DNA of 64,000 nt from Eledone cirrhosa (taxonomy: Eukaryota): contig OZ024741.1 in the NCBI GenBank assembly GCA_964016885.1, forward strand, positions 235,414,001 to 235,478,000. Direction: 5' to 3'. Positions 53,176 to 64,000 of the stretch are shown here, one piece after another (position 1 is the first letter of the stretch; each line of letters starts with the position of its first letter). Position numbers and translations under genes: made by a program. The notes under the pieces are model-generated. The model was not told the origin of the DNA. It was given only the letters and a program-made list of their open reading frames with translations, and made no database searches.

Positions 53176-53394
53176 GTAATGGTGGAAGTGGTGAGATGGT
53201 GTGTTGGTGGTGGCGAAGATGGTAGTGGCGTGATGGTGTAATAGTGGTGTGATGATGGTGTAGTAGTTGTAGTAGTTAATAATGGTGTGATGGTGGTGTT
53301 GTAGTGGTAGTAGTAGGGGTGTATATAGTAGGGCTGTGGTATAGTGGTAGTGGTAGTATAGTGGTGATGGTGGTGGTGAGAGAGGAAGCAGCTG

Positions 53395-54743
53395 TACTCA
53401 TGGCCTTTGGAAGCCCTCTGAGACCAGTGAGATGAGAGCGATTAACCACTCAGGAAAGACATGTGCATTGAGAGGATTTCAGTGGGGTGATATTCTGGGG
53501 CAGGAAGGATTGGGTGCAATGGTTAGTGTGTTGCCTGGGTTGAGGAATACAATATGGCTGACAAGGAGAGGAAAGGAGAGTGATTTGGAAATATATATGC
53601 TGCCAGCCAGCTCCCAGAGCAGGAGCCACTGTAGTAGAGGTTGAAAAAAGAACAACGGGAGAGGGACAGAAAAAGAGGGACAGTAAATCTATGGACAAGG
53701 GGCTAAAGTGCATTTATTTGGGTGTAGTTTAAGATCCCTATGTTTGAGGGTATCTGTGTGTGGCAACAGCACTGTCCTAGATGTGGGAGCAATCCTCTTT
53801 TTTGGATTCAATTGTTCTGTTGAGACATCTATGGACAAGAGACTAAAGTGTGTCTGTGAGCAATTTAATGTTAGTCAATGGAGTAGCCTTTCTTTGGGCA
53901 TAGTTTAGGATACCTGTGTTTGAGGGGTGTATGCGTGTGGCAACAGCATTGTCCTAGATGTGAGAGCATTCCTCCTTTGTGGATTCAATTGAGTTTTGTG
54001 GAGGGTTAGTAGTTGTGAGGTTTGGGGTATTTTCTGGCTCTGTAAGAAAGCCAGTCATTGTGAGATAATTGTTGTTATGTTGAGAATTTGTGTTTACCAT
54101 AAGAGATACCGAGTGTTAGAAGGTCTAGCTAGAATCTGCAACAGCAGTTCCGAGAGGTGGGGTAGTGTCTGGAAATGTTTGATATATACACTAGTTGTGT
54201 CTTTTTGTTAAAGAGGGAGACAAGACTGGCATGATCCCATTGGAGGATATTTCCAATGTCTGTTCATGGAGTCAGTGCAGGTTTGCTGTGGGGAGTCAAG
54301 GCTTCATGTGGGTGATGTTGGAACATGAAACGTTAGGGGAGAAATGAAAGGTGATATTGATCAGCATAGGAGTGAGCATTGTTGGAGGCACTGATAAATT
54401 AGCCATTGATTTATAGAAGGAATAGCAGGGTGGCAGTGGGGGTGACATAGCCGAAATGTGTGACACAGCAGAGTTGACAGTGTTGGGGAAAAACAGTTCC
54501 AGTAGCAAGGGAAGAGTGAGGGAGACCAGATCGAACCTTGGAGTACACCATGGGTGAGAAAGAGCTCCAACAATAAGGGAGTCAAGACTGAATGTTGAGG
54601 CACACCATGGGTGAGATAGAACTCTATCAGCAAGAGCTTTGATAGTACTGTCTGACAGGAAGTGAACCAATCCAAACGACAAAGGAAAAATGGAGTCCAT
54701 GAAGTGGGCAGTTTTGACAGGAGATTCACATGACACACATGGT

Positions 54744-54745
<2 letters not shown>
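53395..54745 (-). mobile_element. Degenerate Jockey/CR1-group LINE, RT domain to 3' end
   Basis: Minus-strand pieces HFLSDSTIKALAD, THGVPQHSVLTPLL and LLFLL*ING*..AHSYADQ (decayed GVPQGSVL and YADD motifs); internal duplications at about 53685-53990 and 54500-54620. Confidence 0.75.
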
Positions 54746-54774
<29 letters not shown>

Positions 54775-55859
54775 GAGGAGGAGTTGCTGCTTTAGTTGTT
54801 GTTGTTGTGGTGGTGGTAGTGAAATAGTGGTGGTGGTGAAATAGTGGCAGCAGTGGTGATATAGTGGTAGTGGTGGTGGCAGTGAAATAGTAGGGGTAGT
54901 AGTAGTGGTTGTGGTGGTGTAGGACTACAGAAATAGTGGTAGTAGTACTGGTGGTTGTAAAAATAATGGTAGTTGTGGTGAAATAGTGTCATTGGTACTA
55001 TTTATGCTGTTATAGTGGTAGTTATAATAGTGTTGGTGTTGGGGATACTATTGGAGCTGTAGTGGTGTTAGTGCAGAGGTGGTAATAGTTAATGCCAGTA
55101 GTAATATTGGAGTTGTTTCAGTGGTAGTATAGTGGTAGTTACAATAGCGGTGCCATTGTGATAGTAGTGTCAGTGGTATAATTGGAGTTGTCAAGGGGGT
55201 AGTGTAGATATAGTAGTGTAATGGTAATAGTAACAGTGGTACAATTGGACCTCTTGTGGTGGTAGTATAGAGATAGTAGTGTAGTGGTACAATTGGAGCT
55301 CTTGTGGTGGTAGTGTAGTGGTAGTAGTGTAGTAGTAATTATAATAGTTTCATGGTGGTAATAGTGTCAATAGTATTATTGGAGCTGTCATGGTAATAGT
55401 GTAGTAGTCTTGTGTAGTGGTAGTGTCAGTAGTACTAGTGGTGTTGTTGTGGTGGTAATGTAGTGGTAGTTATAATAGTGGTGTTATTATGGTAGTAGTG
55501 TAGACTAAGCTGTAATGAAGTAGTATATGTGTTAATAATAGTCACAGCGGTACAGTAGAGTCATATTGGTGGTGTTGGTGAAGTGGTAGTTAGGTTGTAG
55601 TTGCTGTTTAGACCCAGGTCAAACTTGATCATGGTATTCTGTGTGTGTGTTTGTGTGTGTACAAGAAGTGTGGATGGGGACTATCTTAAACTACATTATT
55701 CAATGTGTCTATCTGAAAATGGTAGTTTGAGTGAAATTTAGTTCTTATTTCTAGCTTGTTGAGCAATCACATTGAGGGTCTCTGATTGGCTTGGAAGGAT
55801 AAAGGAGATTTTGCGGTTGTGATGGTAAATACCATGGTGTAGTTGTATAATGGTATAGG

Positions 55860-57492
55860 TGGTAGTGGTGGTTGTAATGGTTGTGATGTTGGTGGTGGTG
55901 GTTGTAATGGTGGTGGTGGTTGTAATGGTGGTGATGGTGGTGGTGGTGGTGGTGGTGGTGGTGGTAGTGGTGGTGATACTGGTGGTAATGGTGGTAGCAA
56001 AGAAGTACAATGGCAGTTTTGATGGCAATGAGTGTTGGTGGTATTGTGGTAGTAGTGGTGGTGGTGGTGGTGGTGGTGGTGGTGGTATATGTGGTTGTGG
56101 TGGTGGTGATGGTGGTGTATGTGGTGGTGGTGGTGGTGGTGAGGTGGGTAGTACAGTGGTAGTTTTTATGGCAATGAGTGTTGGTGGTATTGTGGTAGTA
56201 GTGGGGGTGATGGTGGTGGTGGTGATGGTGGTTGTGGTGGTAATGGTGGTGGTGTTGGTGATGGTGGTGGTATATGTGGTTGTGGTGGTGGTGGTGGTGG
56301 AATATGTGGTGGTGGTGATGTTAATGGTGGTGGTGGTGTGGGTAGTACAGTGGTAGTTTTTATGGCAATGAGTGTTGGTGGTATTGTAGTAGTAGTGGGG
56401 GTGGTGGTGGTGGTGGTGGTGGTGATGGTGGTATATGTGGTTGTGGTGGTGGTGGTGGTGGTAGTGGTGGTGGTGGTATATGTGGTTGTGGTGGTGGTGG
56501 TGGTGGAATATGTGGTGGTGGTGATGTTAATGGTGGTGGTGGTGGTGTGGGTAGTACAGTGGTAGTTTTTATGGCAATGAGTGTTGGTGGTATTGTGGTA
56601 GTAGTGGGGGTGCTGCTGGTGGTGGTGGTGGTGATGGTGGTGGTATATGTGGTTGTGGTGGTGGTAGTGATGGCGTGGTATATGTGGTTGTGGTGGTGGT
56701 GGTGGTGGAATATGTGGTGGTGGTGATGTTAATGGTGGTGGTGGTGTGGGTAGTACAGTGGTAGTTTTTATGGCAATGAGTGTTGGTGGTATTGTGGTAG
56801 TAGTGGGGGTGCTGCTGGTGGTGGTGGTGGTGGTGGTGATGGTGGTGGTATATGTGGTGGTGGTGGTGAGGTGGGTAGTACAGTGGTAGTTTTTATGGCA
56901 ATAGGTGTTGGTGGTATTGTGGTAGTAGTGGGGGTGCTGGTGGTGGTGGTATATGTGGTTGTGGTGGTGGTGGTGGTGGTAGTGGTGGTGGTGATGGTGG
57001 TATATGTGGTGGTGGTGGTGAGGTGAGTAGTACAGTGGTAGTTTTTATGGCAATAGGTGTTGGTGGTATTGTGGTAGTAGTGGGGGTGATGGTGGTGGTG
57101 GTGGTGGGTGGTGGTGGTGTAGTATTGTTGTTGGTGTTGGTATAGTGGTTGTGGTGGTATGGGGCTAGTGTGGAGATAAGGGTAATGATGGTGGGTGTGG
57201 TGGCAGTAGTAGTAGTGGTGGTGGTGGTGGTGGTGCTAATGGTGGTGGTGTTGGTGATGTTAATGGTCGTGGTAGTGGTGATGGTGGTAATAGTGGTGGT
57301 AATGGTGGGTAGTACAGTGGTAGTTTTGATGGCAGTGAGTGTTGGTGGTATTGTGGTAGTAGTGGTGTAGTGGTCATTGTGCTGGTGGTGTAGTGTTGTT
57401 GGCGTTGGTATAGTGATTGTGGTGGTATGGTGCTAGTGTTGAGATAAGTAGTAGTGGTGGTGGTAATGTTGGTGGTGGTGGTAGTAGTAGTG

Positions 57493-57542
<50 letters not shown>

Positions 57543-58140
57543 GGTAGAGAGGTATTGGTGATTTTTGTATTGGTATTGATGTTTGCAGACATGGTGGTAG
57601 TATTGTATTTGTAATGTTGTTGTTGTTGTTGTTGTTGTTGTCAGTGGTGGTGGTGGTGGTAGTTGTATGGGGATGGGATTTGGATGATAATTGTGTTAGT
57701 GTTGGTGGTGGTGGCGGTGGCGGTGGTGGCGGTGGAGGTGGCGGTGGTGGTGGTGGTCGTGATGGTGTTCGTGGTGGTGGTGGTGGTGGTGGTTTGTGAT
57801 GTTGGTGGTGGGTGTGGTATTGTTGTTGTTATAAGTGGTGGTGGTGGTGGTGGTGGTGGTTTGTGATGTTGGTGGTGGGTGTGGTATTGTTGTTAGTGGT
57901 GGTGGTGGTGGTGGTGGTGGTGGTGGTGTTCGTGGTGGTGGTGGTGGTGGTGGTTTGTGATGTTGGTGGTGGGTGTGGTATTGTTGTTGTTAGTGGTGGT
58001 GGTGGTGGTGGTGGTTGTGGTGGTTTGTGATGTTGGTGGTGGGTGTGGTATTGTTGTTGTTGTTAGTGGTGATGGTAGTGGTGGTGGTGGTGTGGTGGTG
58101 GTGGTGGTGGTGGTGGTGGTGGCATGGGGATGGTGGTTTG
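55860..58140 (+). repeat. (GGT)n-rich compound minisatellites
   Basis: The anchor GGGTAGTACAGTGGTAGTTTTTATGGCAATGAGTGTTGGTGGTATTGTGG recurs about 8 times (55990-57360). A second unit TTTGTGATGTTGGTGGTGGGTGTGGTATTGTTGTT occupies 57790-58140. Confidence 0.9.
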
Positions 58141-59799
58141 TGATGTTGGAAAAGGAGAGACAATAATAGAAGTAAACAGGAAGACTTGAGAGAAAGAATG
58201 AGAGAAGGTAGAGAGACAGAGAGAGAAAAACTGGAAAAATCAATGACTATCGAGTGAGAGACAGAGAAGATAAGAGTGAAAGGCTGCATGTGATAGAGGG
58301 AGGGTGAAGAGAACAAAGATGAATAAGAGGAAAGGGGAAATGAAAGACAGAGAGAGTGAGACTAAACGAGAGAGAAACTAATAGAGAGAAGCTGATAAAC
58401 AGAGAGAATTAAAACGATAGAGAAAGAATAATAAAGAGAATGAGGGAGAGATATTCGTAGATAGGGAAAGACTGACAGGGAAAGGGAGAAAAGAAAGACA
58501 GATAGACAGAAATAGAGAGAAACTTATAGAAAGGAAGAAAGAGAGAGACTGAGAGAGGGAGAGATAGTAGTTGAGAGAGACATGTTAATAAACTGTTGAA
58601 AACAAGAGATAGAAAGACTGTTTTACAGAGAATCAGAAAAGTAGAAGGGAGAAAGCGTGTGTATGTGTCTTAGAGAGAAGCAGGGAAAGAGAGACTAATA
58701 TTATAAAGAGACATAGAGACGGTGTTAAAGAGAGAGCGAGGGAGAGAAATATTGTATTAGAGAGAGAGAGAAATGAAAGAGAGATATTGTATTACAGAGA
58801 CAGACAGATTGGTAAATGTGTTATGGAGGAAGACAGACAGACTGACAGACAAGCTGACAGAGAGACAGACAGTCTGACAGTCAGGCAGGCTGACAAACTG
58901 ACAGACGGACAAACTGACAGACAGACACGCTGACAGATAGACGGAACAGACTGTGAGAGAAGCTAACAAACAGACAGACAGACGAACTGAAAGGGATGGT
59001 GTGCTTGTGTGTGTTACAGCATGGGCATATGTGTTACACTAATTGACAGAGATAGACTATGTGAGGGAGAGAGAGAGTGAGTGTGAGAGAGAGAGAGAGA
59101 GAGAGTGAGAGAGAGAGATGGTGTGTGTGCGTGTGTGTCAAACTGATTGACACTATTACATTGAGAGAGGAAGAAAGAAAGAGAGAGAGGGGAAAAGTGG
59201 AAGAGAGGGGGATATTGTGACAGACAATGCAGTGATTGAGATAAAGATGGACCTTGTTACAGAGTAAAAGAAAGAACAAGGAAGAGAATTTGATATTGAG
59301 AAAATATTATGACAATCAGAGAGGGAGAGGGAGATTGTGTGTGTGTGAGTGTGTGTGTGTGTGCTTGTATTAGTATGCCTGTTATGTATGTGTGTGAGAG
59401 AGAGTGCAAGTAGAGGAAGGGAGTGTATCAGTGTGAGAGACAGTGGGAGGTAGTGTGACAGAGATAGTGGGAGGAGGTGTGTCAATGTGAGTGTTAGTGG
59501 GAGCTGGTGTAACAGAGATATTGGGGGAGTGTGTGACAGATATTGAGAGGAGGTGTGTCAATGTGAGTGATAGTGGGAGGTAATTTGTCAATTTGAAAGA
59601 TAGTGAGAAGTTGTGACACAGATAGTGGGAGGGGTGTCAGTGTGAGAGGTAGTGGGAGGTAGTGTATTAGTGTGAGAGATAGTGGGGTAGTGTATCAGTG
59701 TGGGAGATAGTGAGAGGTAGTGTCAGAGTAAGACTAATATAAAAGGCTTGAAAGTGGGAAACGTATATATGTTATACTAAACAAAGAGAGAGGCAAACA

Positions 59800-62700
59800 G
59801 ACATAGTATGTTACAGGCAGACAGTCAGACATAGTATGTTACAGGCAGAGTATATTACAGGCAGAGTATGTTACAGACAGTCAGACATAGTATGTTACAG
59901 ATAGAGTATGTTACAGGCAGACAGTCAGACATAGTATGTTACAGATAGAGTATGTTACAGACAGACAGTCAGACATAGTATGTTACAGGCAGAGTATGTT
60001 ACAGGCAGAGTATGTTACAGGCAGACAGTCAGACATAGTATGTTACAGGCAGAGTATGTTACAGGCAGAGTATGTTACAGGCAGACAGTCAGATATAGTA
60101 TGTTACAGATAGAGTATGTTACAGACAGACAGTCAGACATAGTATGTTACAGGCAGAGTATGTTACAGGCAGACAGTCAGATATAGTATGTTACAGATAG
60201 AGTATGTTACAGACAGACAGTCAGACATAGTATGTTACAGATAGAGTATGTTACAGACAGACAGTCAGACATAGTATGTTACAGGCAGAGTATGTTACAG
60301 GCAGAGTATGTTACAGACAGACAGTCAGACATAGTATGTTACAGGCAGAGTATGTTACAGGCAGACAGTCAGATATAGTATGTTACAGATAGAGTATGTT
60401 ACAGACAGACAGACATAGTATGTTACAGGTAAAGTATGTTACAGGCAGACAGTCAGATATAGTATGTTACAGATAGAGTATGTTACAGACAGACAGTCAG
60501 ACATAGTATGTTACAGGCAGAGTATGTTACAGGCAGACAGTCAGATATAGTATGTTACAGATAGAGTATGTTACAGACAGACAGTCAGACAGAGTATGTT
60601 ACAGGCAGAGTATGTTACAGGCAGACAGTCAGATATAGTATGTTACAGATAGAGTATGTTACAGACAGACAGTCAGACATAGTATGTTACAGGTAAAGTA
60701 TGTTACAGGCAGACAGTCAGATATAGTATGTTACAGGCATAGTATGTTACAGACAGACAGTCAGACATAGTATGTTACAGGCAGAGTATGTTACAGGCAG
60801 ACAGTCAGACATAGTATGTTACAGGCAGAGTATGTTACAGGCAGACAGTCAGATATAGTATGTTACAGATAGAGTATGTTACAGACAGACAGTCAGACAT
60901 AGTTTGTTACAGGTAAAGTATGTTACAGGCAGACAGTCAGATATAGTATGTTACAGGCAGAGTATGTTACAGGCAGACAGTCAGATATAGTATGTTACAG
61001 ATAGAGTATGTTACAGGCAGACAGTCAGATATAGTATGTTACAGATAGAGTATGTTACAGACAGACAGTCAGACATAGTATGTTACAGGCAGAGTATGTT
61101 ACAGGCAGACAGTCAGATATAGTATGTTACAGGCAGACAGTCAGATATAGTATGTTACAGGCAGAGTATGTTACAGGCAGAGTATGTAACAGACAGACAG
61201 TCAGATATAGTATGTTACAGACAGACAGTCAGACATAGTATGTTACAGATAGAGTATGTAACAGACAGACGGTCAGACATAGTATGTTACAGGCAGAGTA
61301 TGTAACAGACAGACAGTCAGACATAGTATGTTACAGATAGAGTATGTAACAGACAGAGAGTCAGATATAGTATGTTACAGATAGAGTATGTTACAGACAG
61401 ACAGTCAGACATAGTATGTTACAGATAGAGTATGTTACAGACAGACAGTCAGATATAGTATGTTACAGATAGAGTATGTTACAGACAGACAGTCAGATAT
61501 AGTATGTTACAGATAGAGTATGTTACAGACAGACAGTCAGACATAGTATGTTACAGATAGAGTATATTACAGACAGACAGTCAGATATAGTATGTTACAG
61601 ATAGAGTATGTTACAGACAGACAGTCAGATATAGTATGTTACAGATAGAGTATGTAACAGACAGACAGTCAGACATAGTATGTTACAGGCAGAATATGTT
61701 ACAGGCAGTGTATGTTACAGGCAGAGTATGTTACAGGCAGAGTATGTAACAGACAGACAGTCAGACATAGTATGTTACAGGTAGAGTATGTTACAGACAG
61801 ACAGTCAGACATAGTATGTTACTGGTAGTGTATGTTACAGACAGACAGCCAGACATAGTATGTTACAGATAGAGTATGTAACAGACAGACAGTCAGACAT
61901 AGTATGTTACAGATAGAGTATGTAACAGACAGACAGTCAGATATAGTATGTTACAGGTAGAGTATGTAACAGACAGACAGTCAGACATAGTATGTTACAG
62001 ATAGAGTATGTTACAGACAGACAGTCAGACATAGTATGTTACAGATAGAGTATGTTACAGACAGACAGTCAGATATAGTATGTTACAGGCAGAGTATGTA
62101 ACAGACAGACAGTCAGACATAGTATGTTACAAATAGAGTATGTTACAGACAGACAGTCAGATATAGTATGTTACAGATAGAGTATGTAACAGACAGACAG
62201 TCAGACATAGTATGTTACAGGCAGAATATGTTACAGGCAGTGTATGTTACAGGCAGAGTATGTTACAGGCAGACAGTCAGACATAGTATGTTACAGGTAG
62301 AGTATGTTACAGACAGACAGTCAGATATAGTATGTTACAGATAGAGTATGTTACAGACAGACAGTCAGATATAGTATGTTACAGATAGAGTATGTTACAG
62401 ACAGACAGTCAGACATAGTATGTTACAGATAGAGTATATTACAGACAGACAGTCAGATATAGTATGTTACAGATAGAGTATGTTACAGACAGACAGTCAG
62501 ATATAGTATGTTACAGATAGAGTATGTAACAGACAGACAGTCAGACATAGTATGTTACAGGCAGAATATGTTACAGGCAGTGTATGTTACAGGCAGAGTA
62601 TGTTACAGGCAGAGTATGTAACAGACAGACAGTCAGACATAGTATGTTACAGGTAGAGTATGTTACAGACAGACAGTCAGACATAGTATGTTACTGGTAG

Positions 62701-64000
62701 TGTATGTTACAGACAGACAGCCAGACATAGTATGTTACAGATAGAGTATGTAACAGACAGACAGTCAGACATAGTATGTTACAGATAGAGTATGTAACAG
62801 ACAGGCAGTCAGATATAGTATGTTACAGGCAGAGTATGTTACAGACAGACAGTCAGACATAGTATGTTACAGATAGAGTATGTTACAGACAGACAGTCAG
62901 ATATAGTATGTTACAGGCAGACTATGTTACAGACAGACAGTCAGATATAGTATGTTACAGATAGAGTATGTAACAGACAGACAGTCAGACATAGTATGTT
63001 ACAGGCAGAATATGTTACAGGCAGTGTATGTTACTGGCAGAGTATGTTACAGGCAGAGTATGTAACAGACAGACAGTCAGACATAGTATGTTACAGGTAG
63101 AGTATATTACAGACAGACAGTCAGACATAGTATGTTACTGGTAGTGTATGTTACAGACAGACAGCCAGACATAGTATGTTACAGATAGAGTATGTAACAG
63201 ACAGACAGTCAGACATAGTTGTTACAGGCAGAGTATGTTACAGACAGACAGACAGACATAGTATGTTACAGGTAAAGTATGTTAAAGACAGACAGTCAGA
63301 CATAGTATGTTACAGGCAGAGTATGTAACAGACAGACAGTCAGACATAGTATGTTACAGACAGAGTATGTAACAGACAGACAGTCAGAAATAGTATGTTA
63401 CAGGCAGAGTATGTAACAATCAGACAGTCAGACATAGTATGTTACAGGTGGAGTATGTAACAGAGAGACAGTCAGACATAGTATGTTACAGGTGGAGTAT
63501 GTAACAGACAGATAGTCAGACATGGTATGTTACAGATAGAGTATGTAACAGACAGACAGTCAGACATAGTATGTTACAGGCAGAGTATGTTACAGGCAGA
63601 GTATGTTACAGGCAGACAGTCAGATATAGTATGTTACAGGCAGAGTATGTTACAGGCAGAGTATGTAACAGACAGACAGTCAGACATAGTATGTTACAGG
63701 TAGAGTATGTTACAGACAGGCAGTCAGACATAGTATGTTACTGGTAGTGTATGTTACAGACAGACAGCCAGACATAGTATGTTACAGATAGAGTATGTAA
63801 CAGACAGTCAGTCAGACATAGTATGTTACAGATAGAGTATGTAACAGACAGACAGTCAGATATAGTATGTTACAGGCAGAGTATGTTACAGACAGACAGT
63901 CAGACATAGTATGTTACAGATAGAGTATGTTACAGACAGACAGTCAGATATAGTATGTTACAGGCAGACTATGTTACAGACAGACAGTCAGATATAGTAT
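59800..64000 (+). repeat. Satellite array, 44-bp basic unit (12+16+16: ACAGTCAGA(C/T)AT + 2x AGTATGTTACAG.(C/T)AG)
   Basis: More than 4.2 kb of tandem repeats running off the window end; units of 28, 44, 60 and 76 bp arise from a variable number of 16-mers. Confidence 0.98.

Noticed and set aside
59800-64000. CRISPR-like array
   Set aside because: No unique spacers, no cas genes, and a eukaryotic context.

Overview
Eukaryotic, AT-rich, repeat-saturated window with no host protein-coding gene that I can support. The tRNA/CORE-type SINEs, RTE LINEs with (TGA)n tails and huge (TA)n, (CA)n and (GGT)n tracts look like an octopod cephalopod genome (inference, not checked). Contents are about ten copies or fragments of a young tRNA-head/CORE SINE whose 3' half matches the 3' UTR of an RTE LINE in the same window, and RTE fragments carrying a PHD-finger insert. 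There is also a twin-primed (5'-inverted) LINE with its target-site duplication, degenerate Jockey/CR1-group RT fragments, a mariner relic, three non-autonomous Helitrons, piggyBac- and hAT-type MITEs, several minisatellites and a 44-bp satellite running off the right end. The most notable unexplained structure is a set of at least 8 minimal type I hammerhead-ribozyme (HHR) motifs with short palindromic or near-palindromic helix III, from several unrelated sequence families. Many sit inside fold-back inverted repeats with no coding sequence, as expected for non-autonomous Penelope-like or retrozyme-like elements, and some carry recurrent non-canonical cores. Two pre-miRNA-like hairpins lie in unique sequence. 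All long ORFs in the ORF track outside the TEs are simple-repeat artefacts. Coordinates were read by eye and element edges are approximate.
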